From Wickerhamiella versatilis (taxonomy: Eukaryota), in the NCBI GenBank assembly GCA_030867685.1, contig JAQOWU010000008.1:3906001-3970000 (forward strand): a DNA stretch of 64,000 bases. The letters are read 5' to 3'. Positions 20,959-29,367 of the stretch are shown here, one piece after another. The notes under the pieces were generated by a model, which was given only the letters and a program-made list of their open reading frames with translations, searched no databases and was not told where the DNA came from. The stretch's first letter is position 1. Every line of letters starts with the position of its first letter. A program made the position numbers and the translations under genes.

Positions 20959-22812
20959 TTAAGCTACTAGCCAAGAATCATTATCCTGTTTACGTAGACG
21001 AATCGTTCTACCAGCTCTTTTTTCTGTGGGGCTTCCTTCTTCTATCGCAGCGACGCCATTCACAAAAACGTAGCGAATTCCAACAGATGCTTGCTGCGGC
21101 ATTGCAAATGTTCCTTGGTCACGTACCGTCTCTGGATCGAGGAGAACGAGATCTGCCCGATAACCCACACTAATTAGGCCACGATCTTGTAGTCTGATCA
21201 CGGCAGCAGGGCGTGAGGTTAAATGAGCTACGGCTTCCTCTAGACCTCCAGAAAAAACCTTTTCTGGAGATACTTCTCGATAAGGCACAGGCTGAGACTT
21301 GGTCTCAGCGGAAGGGATGTAGTATATGTCACGTTCTCGGCCCTCGGGCAGTTCGCGAGCATAGTGACCAAGATATCTCGTAAAGGTTCCCCAAGCGCGG
21401 GGGTGTGGCTTAGTTCCAACAATAATTCCATCACTTCCGCCACAATGATGGCTATCACGCATGATCTGTCGCACATTACCCTCGTGGCCAATGTGCTGAA
21501 GAATTGTCGTTCCTAGATTGTCTCGAATTAGTATCCGCACCATAACATCAAAGCCTGTTTTTCCTATGCTAGGTTCGCCGAGGGCTGCAGCAGCTGCCTG
21601 CGACTCACTGGAATTCGAAGGATCTGATATATCTTTCACGAGCTGGCCTAGTGTTCGCCCAACGATTGGGGCGAGAGACGAATTGGTTACCCCACTAATT
21701 TCTATCGCATCCCAGTCGATGGTGCAACCATGGCAGCCATCTGTTCCAATCACCTCGACGCCATATCTTATATCCTCCAGTGCTTCCTTGTTCTCTAGAA
21801 GGGTGAGTGTCTGATGTGGCCCCCCAGAAGCAGTCCAAGAGGGAAGGAGGGCAACTAGAGTAGTGCATCCTGGCAGATAAGGATATGTATCAAGTGTAAT
21901 ACAAACCCCATCTGCTCGGGCCTGTTCCAACATCTCCAAAAACTCTGAAGCCTTCCCACGGTTCTCAGGAAAGTTTAGGGTGGCATGAGTGAAGTGCAGC
22001 CTAATTCCTGTATGGCGAGCAAGGTCAATCATTTCCTTGTAAGCTTGTAAAGCTCCTTTACCATAACTGCGGTGGTGAGGGCTGTAATAACCGCCGTATT
22101 GTTTGACTACAGTTAACAATGCCGCAAGTTCTGAATCGGGGGCGTACATACCTGGCACATAGGTTAATCCAGAGCTCATACCGACAGCACCATCTTCCAT
22201 AGCCTGGGCCAATAATTTTTGCATATCTTTGATCTCCAGATCAGTTGCATTGCGAGAATCATAGCCAAGAACTAGCATTCGTAGATTTCCTTGCGGTACC
22301 AAATATGCAGGATTTGTGGCCGTCTTGCGATCGTCTAGAGTATCGAGATATTCACTCACAGTGCGCCAATTGAAGAACCCTGGAGTATCAGGATTACCGT
22401 TCCAACCTGCTATTTGGGTTCGAATCATGGCAAGGCACTCGTCATTTACGGGAGAATATGAAATCCCATCTTGACCAATGACTTCTGTTGTAACACCTTG
22501 AGTTATCTTAGCAAGATGTGCAGGGGTGTGCAGTAAATTGAGGTCAGAATGGGCATGCATATCTATGAACCCCGGAGTCAAGGCCCATTTTCCATTCTCA
22601 CAGTCGATTATACGGATATCTTCACTATTTTCTGGTACATCAGATTTACCCTCAATAATATTCATTATGAACGGTGGACGTACATGAACGCTCGCTAAAC
22701 GCGAAGGACCCCCCGAGCCATCGATCAAAAGAGCATTCACAATATATATATCACCTGGCTTCAACGAGTCCCGTACTTCCTTTCCCATCTCTTTCGTGCT
22801 TGAAAGTCCCAT
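20959..22812 (-). CDS. N-acyl-D-amino-acid deacylase (D-aminoacylase, amidohydrolase superfamily)
   Basis: PGFIDMHAHSD, QGVTTEVIGQDG, GMSSGLTYVPGMYA, GSDG, PHPRAWGTFTRYLG, RGLISVGYRADLV, VFVNG motifs. Confidence 0.9.
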   Translation of the reverse strand: MGLSSTKEMGKEVRDSLKPGDIYIVNALLIDGSGGPSRLASVHVRPPFIMNIIEGKSDVPENSEDIRIIDCENGKWALTPGFIDMHAHSDLNLLHTPAHLAKITQGVTTEVIGQDGISYSPVNDECLAMIRTQIAGWNGNPDTPGFFNWRTVSEYLDTLDDRKTATNPAYLVPQGNLRMLVLGYDSRNATDLEIKDMQKLLAQAMEDGAVGMSSGLTYVPGMYAPDSELAALLTVVKQYGGYYSPHHRSYGKGALQAYKEMIDLARHTGIRLHFTHATLNFPENRGKASEFLEMLEQARADGVCITLDTYPYLPGCTTLVALLPSWTASGGPHQTLTLLENKEALEDIRYGVEVIGTDGCHGCTIDWDAIEISGVTNSSLAPIVGRTLGQLVKDISDPSNSSESQAAAAALGEPSIGKTGFDVMVRILIRDNLGTTILQHIGHEGNVRQIMRDSHHCGGSDGIIVGTKPHPRAWGTFTRYLGHYARELPEGRERDIYYIPSAETKSQPVPYREVSPEKVFSGGLEEAVAHLTSRPAAVIRLQDRGLISVGYRADLVLLDPETVRDQGTFAMPQQASVGIRYVFVNGVAAIEEGSPTEKRAGRTIRLRKQDNDSWLVA

Positions 22813-22862
22813 GTCGGTATGGTTTTGTTGTTAACTCTCTGTTACTTGTTCCACCTTACCCT

Positions 22863-22884
22863 CCTTATCTAAGAATTGATAAGG
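22863..22884. promoter_or_regulatory. Inverted pair of GATAAG (GATA-factor) sites in the divergent deacylase/SDR promoter
   Basis: CCTTATC-taagaatt-GATAAGG inside a 124-bp intergenic region. Confidence 0.5.
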
Positions 22885-22936
22885 ACAACATTGTCACTGT
22901 CTATCGCCATACTTCATCTCCCTACTTATATTTGCT

Positions 22937-23890
22937 ATGTCGAATACAAAGAATTTTTTTGCGCCTTCACCCCCTGAAGGAATATCGAGACGTACTGCTC
23001 TTGTTACGGGGAGCAGTTCCGGGATCGGTGTCGCTGTTGCCCGTCAATTTGGATATATGGGCTTTAGCGTCGGTCTAACCAAAATGCCGAATGAGGATCC
23101 TACGACTGTCACAAATTTAGCGGAGCAACTTCGGAGTGCATATGGTGTGGAGGCTGAAATATTCATTACTGATCTAAGTGAGCCCGAGACTGCTTGCTTG
23201 AAACTAATCAAGGACCATGTTAATAGATTCGGCCGATTGGATGTGCTAGCAAATAATGCTGGATGGGCTGCGCATGCTGGCCGTCCGTTTATGAAGCTAC
23301 CTGATGAGGGATCTGACGAAAGTCAGGCGGTGTCTCAAATCCTTGGTAAGGTTAGGTCAGGTTTCGCAGTGAATTTTGAGTCTCCCCTCATTCTTTCATG
23401 GCTGGCCGTGGAGCAATTCCGTAAACAGTCACCACCAGATCCTACAGGGAGCACAGTCGATGTCGAAGACCCAGATCTTAATGCGGGGTTCTACACTCGA
23501 CAATGGGGCATTGGCCGTATAATTAATACTTCTTCTGTACATGATATTACACCTCTACCAATGAGCTCAATATATACATGCACAAAACATGCACTTCGGG
23601 GACTCACTGTCTTCCTCGCCTCAGAACTTGGTCCAGAGGGTATAACGGTGAATTGCGTATCTCCTGGAATGGTTGCTACACCTCAGACAGAGATAAGACC
23701 CGAGGATGTCGAGTCACCCGAATATTATAGCAAGGGATTAGCGATTCCGCGTCCCGGGCGCCCATCAGAGGCAGCGTCGGCAATTGGCTATCTTGCCTCT
23801 ATGGGTGCAAGGTATACCACTGGCCAAACCATCTATGTGGATGGTGGGTTTACTTTTGGAAACCCTCAATTCTTTTGGAAATTCCCTTAA
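22937..23890 (+). CDS. Short-chain dehydrogenase/reductase, YohF/glucose-1-dehydrogenase-like
   Basis: TGSSSGIG, NNAG, SSVHDITPLP, YxxxK (YTCTK), YTTGQTIYVDGGF..NPQF; recalled similarity to enterobacterial YohF. Confidence 0.88.
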   Translation: MSNTKNFFAPSPPEGISRRTALVTGSSSGIGVAVARQFGYMGFSVGLTKMPNEDPTTVTNLAEQLRSAYGVEAEIFITDLSEPETACLKLIKDHVNRFGRLDVLANNAGWAAHAGRPFMKLPDEGSDESQAVSQILGKVRSGFAVNFESPLILSWLAVEQFRKQSPPDPTGSTVDVEDPDLNAGFYTRQWGIGRIINTSSVHDITPLPMSSIYTCTKHALRGLTVFLASELGPEGITVNCVSPGMVATPQTEIRPEDVESPEYYSKGLAIPRPGRPSEAASAIGYLASMGARYTTGQTIYVDGGFTFGNPQFFWKFP

Positions 23891-24095
23891 TCATCCCGAC
23901 ATGCAGATAATTAGTTCAAACATTAGGGTGAGACAACGACCGTTCGATTAGATAACAAAAAGGTAGTTTTTTCCACGACTAAACCTTTTGGCTTCTCTTC
24001 ATTTCGAACGAGCTTCCAGGCTAATTTGAGATTTCTAAAAGAAAAATTGAGTTCGTAAGTCAGGCCTGTCTCTCAATTGTTCCCTCACAGCCGTT

Positions 24096-25325
24096 ATGAG
24101 TACAGCAAGAGTCCTACGGTCGTGTGTTCCACTTCAAGACCACAAAGGGGTTTTGGCGAGCCCTCACACCCATGGAAGGCACACGAACCAATTCATTGTG
24201 GAAAAGGTGATTGGAAGACAGAAAAGCAGCGACTATGGTAGCGATGAAAGCTTTTTTGTGGCCGATTTTGGCAATGTCCGACGCCAGTTGGCACGATGGT
24301 GGAAATGCCTGCCGTCAGTCCAACCTTACTACGCTGTCAAATGTAACAATGATCCTAATTTACTAAAACTGCTGGCAGAAAGTGGTGTTAACTTTGACTG
24401 TGCGTCGCGCAACGAAATTGAAGCCATCCTAGGGATGGAAGTTTCTCCAGAACGCATTGTATATGCCAATACCGTGAAAAATCCAGGTTACTTGCGGTAC
24501 AGCGTCGAAAAGGATGTGCGTCTTATGACTTTTGATAATAGCTCTGAGCTTGAAAAAATCGCTATCTGCGCACCCAAATCTCGTCTTCTCCTCCGGATTG
24601 CTACTGATGATAGTGGTGCCAGCTGTCAATTGAGTCTTAAATTTGGTGCTGCAATGGATTCTGCACTTAGTCTTCTCGAGAAGGCACGGGAACACCACCT
24701 GGATGTTGTAGGCGTGGCCTTCCATATCGGCAGCGGCGGCGGCGCAGCAATTGATGCTTTCAGGCGTGCTCTAGTGGATACACGTCGTATATTCCAGCTA
24801 GGTGCCAGCCTAGGATATGACATGCAGATTGTAGACATTGGCGGAGGATTCGAAAGTGCCACATTTGAAGATGCGGCAAGTCAGATCAACCAAACTTTCA
24901 GTGATCTTTGCTTCCCTCAGTCCACCAGGCTCATTGCTGAGCCAGGTCGCTTTTTTGCCGCAGATGCTTATACCTTGGTCGCAAGCGTAATAGGCCAACG
25001 TAGGGCCGACGACGGAACGCAAATGGTATACTTGACTGACGGGGTCTATGGTAATTTGAATTGTATTATTTTTGACCATCAGAGTCCCGCAGTCCACCCG
25101 CTATATGCCAATGGGGACCCACGTAGTCGCCCACCAACCGAGATCTCACTTTGGGGTCCGACATGTGACGGCATAGATATTGTACATAACGGTATCCACG
25201 TACCTCACGCCCTCGAAATCGGAGATTGGGTTTATTTTCCCGCTGTCGGTGCATATACGTTGTCTGCATCATCAGCATTCAACGGGTTCTGCATGGACAC
25301 GCAAATATATTATGCCGACTCATAG
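24096..25325 (+). CDS. SPE1: Ornithine decarboxylase
   Basis: PYYAVKCN (PLP lysine), FDCAS, DIGGGF, IAEPGRFF, WGPTCDGID, GAYT motifs. Confidence 0.94.
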   Translation: MSTARVLRSCVPLQDHKGVLASPHTHGRHTNQFIVEKVIGRQKSSDYGSDESFFVADFGNVRRQLARWWKCLPSVQPYYAVKCNNDPNLLKLLAESGVNFDCASRNEIEAILGMEVSPERIVYANTVKNPGYLRYSVEKDVRLMTFDNSSELEKIAICAPKSRLLLRIATDDSGASCQLSLKFGAAMDSALSLLEKAREHHLDVVGVAFHIGSGGGAAIDAFRRALVDTRRIFQLGASLGYDMQIVDIGGGFESATFEDAASQINQTFSDLCFPQSTRLIAEPGRFFAADAYTLVASVIGQRRADDGTQMVYLTDGVYGNLNCIIFDHQSPAVHPLYANGDPRSRPPTEISLWGPTCDGIDIVHNGIHVPHALEIGDWVYFPAVGAYTLSASSAFNGFCMDTQIYYADS

Positions 25326-25463
25326 GTTGTAAGTAAGTCTAAAAAGTTTCTAGCACCAGTGTTTATATTGATATCATGACTCTCAAGATTTTACTTACGT
25401 GCTCTACATGAGAGACATCTCCAGAGATGCGAATAATTAAGCTATTTTAGACAGGCCACGCAC

Positions 25464-25706
25464 TTAGTACGAGGTCTTCTTTGGAGCCTTCTTCTCGATG
25501 GTGGTGACCTCAAGAGTAGGTGGGAGGGACTGGATGATCTTCTGAGCACGGTCGGCGTCCCCGACGGCCAGGGTGTACTGGTAACGGGATCCCCGCAGCT
25601 TGAACTTGGTCACAGACTTGGGGTTCTTCTTGACAACAGCACTCTGGATGTCCTTGCGCGAGGCAAGGGTCATCAGCTCGCGGATATCCTTAACAGGGCG
25701 GGGCAT
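25464..25706 (-). CDS. RPL38: 60S ribosomal protein eL38
   Basis: MPRPVKDIRE...TKFKLRGSRYQYTL...QSLPP signature; ATG at 25706, 80 aa. Confidence 0.95.
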   Translation of the reverse strand: MPRPVKDIRELMTLASRKDIQSAVVKKNPKSVTKFKLRGSRYQYTLAVGDADRAQKIIQSLPPTLEVTTIEKKAPKKTSY

Positions 25707-25779
25707 TAGACTGACGGGACTGCCAGACACGCGCGCCGGGTCTATTGGAGTGGGGTGGGTGTGAACAATAGTCACAGCC

Positions 25780-26592
25780 CTAAGCCCTAATAAGCCCTTC
25801 GAGGGATCGGCGAAGTTCCGCCAAACCTCGACAAGCGTCCATGTCAGGAGTGGCAGCGAGCTTAGTATGTGCAAAATCGATCAGACAAGCACGATATACC
25901 CATTCTTGTTCATTTTCCTCGCTCCCTGAATCCTCGTCCCCCGACATGGTGGGTGGTGGGTCCTCCCCTAGCCCATCGAGCTTGCGTCTCAGTTCGTGCT
26001 CATCCCCTTCATAGACTAGCAGTAGGCTCATGGAGTGGCTCTCTATTGGTTCCTGTTGTAACAATTCCAGTATTTCTGAAATACGCATGCATGCAAGTTC
26101 TATTATCTCCGAATGACCCGAATTGGCATCCTGTAGCCGAGGCCAGAATTCTTCGAGATGTTTACCCACTGTTTGGTCATTGCAATCACGACCGAATTGC
26201 TTTCCATAGAATTTACGTGTGCCATTCGGCTGAATGACAGACATTCCTGCAATACGAAATCCCAGGCTTCCAGAAGTCGTTGCGCGAGACACTTCTTGGA
26301 GACGCTTGACTTTCTCGGGAGTGGCGGACTCGTCCCAAAGACAAGAACCGAGCTTTATGTCAAGAACAGAAGGGCTTTGAAAACCTGCACAAAGATCCTC
26401 CATAACAGCTAGCGGTTGATGGTCCTCTGCAGTAAGTGTGCCCATAAACTGGGGAACAGCCTCAAGTAATGGACTTTCACGAAAAATCAACTGCTGGTAA
26501 AAGTCAATTTCTTGTGTAGTACTAGGCTTTATGAAAACCCCAGCTCCCTGCTGGGCACCTGGATGACCTGCCGCCTGAATTGCCGTTTGCAT
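25780..26592 (-). CDS. ARG82: Inositol polyphosphate multikinase (Ipk2)
   Basis: QAAGH, PSVLDIKLG (PxxxDxKxG), TTSGSLGFRIAGM, SLLLVYEGD, LIDFAH; first ATG at 26592. Confidence 0.88.
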   Translation of the reverse strand: MQTAIQAAGHPGAQQGAGVFIKPSTTQEIDFYQQLIFRESPLLEAVPQFMGTLTAEDHQPLAVMEDLCAGFQSPSVLDIKLGSCLWDESATPEKVKRLQEVSRATTSGSLGFRIAGMSVIQPNGTRKFYGKQFGRDCNDQTVGKHLEEFWPRLQDANSGHSEIIELACMRISEILELLQQEPIESHSMSLLLVYEGDEHELRRKLDGLGEDPPPTMSGDEDSGSEENEQEWVYRACLIDFAHTKLAATPDMDACRGLAELRRSLEGLIRA

Positions 26593-26690
26593 TGGCCTGC
26601 TCAGCGCCAAGGAAGGCCACACACACTTAGCCCAGATTCGTCAGCAATTGCCATCACATCGCTTCATAGGGGGTGGGGCCAGGGCCAGCT

Positions 26691-26864
26691 ATGACATTTA
26701 TTGATAAAGTGGCACATCGCATTGGGCGAGGTGGAGGCATTATATTCGTCACGGCATCCATAGTTGCAGCCCTGATTACGATTCAATCGCTGTCAACCGA
26801 CGAGGGGCGTCAGGAAGAAGATGATACTGAGAAATCTGTCTCTAAGAAGGAGATGAATTCTTAA
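26691..26864 (+). CDS. Putative small single-pass membrane protein (57 aa)
   Basis: ATG-initiated ORF with one hydrophobic helix (IIFVTASIVAALITI) and an acidic/basic tail; fills the gap between ARG82 and IZH3 and is followed by an AT-rich terminator-like tract. Confidence 0.45.
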   Translation: MTFIDKVAHRIGRGGGIIFVTASIVAALITIQSLSTDEGRQEEDDTEKSVSKKEMNS

Positions 26865-26938
26865 CCAGAGCCTCATTAAATCGTTATTTTAGTTATTTTT
26901 TTTCTCAAATGTTGTGTTATATTATTTTATACACCTAA

Positions 26939-28258
26939 CTATGAACAAGTCGAAAGCTTAGCCTTCTCAAAGATGTCTATCATTGCTTCGTAATGAAAAT
27001 AAACCCCTGCAGTAACAAACGCATGCCAAATATTATGCGATGCCCCGAAGTAGTCAAAAATTGTCCCTGGGAACCATCTCTCAGGAATCAAGAGCCCATA
27101 GAAGATGACTCCAACACCATAGCACAATAGGCTTTTTATGACAGGGAGGTAGTAATCTTTAAATATATGCCAGAAGCCATGGTAAAAGCCAGCATGAAGG
27201 CCACCCAGCATGCCAGCCAGTGCAAATGAACAGAAGAACAATGCCCGGATGGGCCTGGCTTCAGGCGTGTCAAACTCGGGGTTGCAGGCGAAAACTACCC
27301 CAGAAATGGCAGACACAAGGGTGATAAACATATAGAAAGACTGAGCAAATGGATTGCAATATAGCGCCGTATACTCAGTGGTAAGAATCGATGCAGAGAT
27401 TAGCACAGTGATTCCCAGGTAGTCTACACAGGCAAACCTCACTTTCCAGCTAAGCTTGCTGATATTGCAGAATGTGTGCCACGCTACAGAACACATCATA
27501 CACTTAAATGCCGCAACCACAAATATAACCATTGGAATGCGATCAACCCACGTTCCCTGCTGCCACGCTAGGGTGAGAGGGAGTCGGTAGAAAGCAAGAT
27601 ACAGAACACCTATGCCACCTAGTAGATGTGTCCAGATATTACACGTCTCGTTATGAACGTGGAAGATGGACCACAGACATTCAGAGCTCGAGGCACAGAA
27701 CCGGTACCCCTTCTTTATATGACAATTGTTGGACCAATGATGAGGCATCTCATCAACTTCCAGCAACCTGGTCCGAGCGGACTTAAGTGCGACCTGTATG
27801 GCCGCGGAAGTGTATGTTTCATCCAGTTGTGCGCGAACATTATCAAGATAATCCAGGCCAGCTGACAGAACGTCGTTCTTTGTACTCTCGCTCGACCACA
27901 GGGTTGGTATATGCTCTGACACGACATTCACCAGCCTGTCAATCTTAGCCAGGCCGTCCTCTGCCGAGATATGTTTGGTGCTCGACAACAAATTGTACGC
28001 GGATTCGCAATTTGAGTCTACGAAGGCAATCCCGCTGTTCTCCCATGAAGTAAAAGCCTTTTCAAGCCTGACAAGCACCCGATCAAACTTCTCGAGCACC
28101 CTATCCTCGATTTGGCCCAAGGGTGTACGGACTGGTTTCACGCTTTTGGGATCTGGTGCGGGATCAGTCTTCTTGGAGCGCCGTCGGTTCTTTTTCTTGC
28201 GTTCAGCCTCCTCATATTTCCTAGAATGAAGAATTGGTGCCTTTGCCAACGTCGTCAT
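26939..28258 (-). CDS. IZH3: PAQR/hemolysin-III family membrane protein (Izh3-like)
   Basis: HNETCNIWTH, SVAWHTF, ACVDYLGI, PERWFPG.FDYFGASHNIWH; long N-terminal extension typical of Izh3; ATG at 28258. Confidence 0.85.
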   Translation of the reverse strand: MTTLAKAPILHSRKYEEAERKKKNRRRSKKTDPAPDPKSVKPVRTPLGQIEDRVLEKFDRVLVRLEKAFTSWENSGIAFVDSNCESAYNLLSSTKHISAEDGLAKIDRLVNVVSEHIPTLWSSESTKNDVLSAGLDYLDNVRAQLDETYTSAAIQVALKSARTRLLEVDEMPHHWSNNCHIKKGYRFCASSSECLWSIFHVHNETCNIWTHLLGGIGVLYLAFYRLPLTLAWQQGTWVDRIPMVIFVVAAFKCMMCSVAWHTFCNISKLSWKVRFACVDYLGITVLISASILTTEYTALYCNPFAQSFYMFITLVSAISGVVFACNPEFDTPEARPIRALFFCSFALAGMLGGLHAGFYHGFWHIFKDYYLPVIKSLLCYGVGVIFYGLLIPERWFPGTIFDYFGASHNIWHAFVTAGVYFHYEAMIDIFEKAKLSTCS

Positions 28259-28972
28259 TCCTGAAAATTGAGGTGTTATCGCCAAGCTTCCTATCAAATA
28301 AAGATGCGAGATGACTAACAACCCGGATTCTGCCTATAGATGCCGAAGTGGGATTAAGTGATGTATAGACTCCCGCCTAACTAGAGAAGAGCGTCGAAAA
28401 AAAAATTACCTGGAAAAATATTTGGGCATATAGATCCTATATTGTGCAAACATATCCTGCCAGCCGTGCGAGATACTGTTATCGAATTTAATGAAACTAG
28501 GGTGCGGGTTAATTTACCCTCCCTATTCACGTGCGGAGACTCCGACCTGGGATTGAGCAGACAACATAGAGGTGTTAGGGGTCAGAAGATATTCAAAATA
28601 GGTTTCTAATGAATTTTTAAGGACACTTCCTGCACCATTGTGACGCAGGCCAGGGACTAAGAAGTCGCCAAAATATAACAGGGTTAGGATACAAAACAAG
28701 GTTTTGCCAAACGTATGGGCACCCCGAAGGAAGCCAGCTCCAACTCTTGTTTAAAATTAATTTCACTTGAGCTACTCCAATAGTGAGGAAAGCACAGACC
28801 GGTCCTACCTAACCCTCACAACCATTTTTGGAAAATAAGCTCAAGCGATCTGATGATCTTCCGTTGGTGTGGGCCAAGGGCACTGGCGAGTACATTCATA
28901 AGGTTAGCCAACGAGAACCTCCAATCGGGGCGATTAGGGTGAATGGTGCAATGCGCCTAGCACATTTCTGAT

Positions 28973-29145
28973 GCCAAACCTCTAGGTATCGAACCTGGTG
29001 TTTCCAGGACTAGGATTGGCGTATGAACAGGGCGACCTCTGGATATCAAGAGGTGGCATTTACAGGGCAAACTCTGGTATCGAGAGCTGGCATTTACAGG
29101 GCAAACTCTGGTATCAAGAGCTGGCGATTCCAGGGCAAGGATCGT
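28973..29145. repeat. Degenerate ~34-bp tandem repeat array upstream of the HO-like gene
   Basis: Units at 29028-29062, 29063-29096 and 29097-29130 (consensus CAGGGCAAACTCTGGTATCAAGAGCTGGCATTTA), a partial unit from 29131, and a more diverged copy at about 28973-29020. Confidence 0.85.
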
Positions 29146-29367
29146 AGGAATCGACAAAATAAGTGGTACTTGAGATTGGCATCAAGCGTAACAATAATTT
29201 TACAAATAACAAAAAATTATCAAAATTGATCGATTCCACTTAACTATGGTCCCTTATGAGCAGCCATTGTCCAGTGCACTCGTGGCGTATCTAAAACCTA
29301 ATCTCTGGCGGTACCAACATTTATGTATATATAGATATGATGGGACAATTGCGGCCTCCTTATACAC

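Noticed and set aside
24055-24090. GTAAGT...CACAG upstream of SPE1 as a 5' UTR intron
   Set aside because: Only 36 nt with no convincing branch point; cannot be supported without cDNA.
28973-29145. CRISPR-like appearance of the 34-bp repeats
   Set aside because: Units are directly adjacent with no unique spacers, no cas genes are present, and the genome is eukaryotic.
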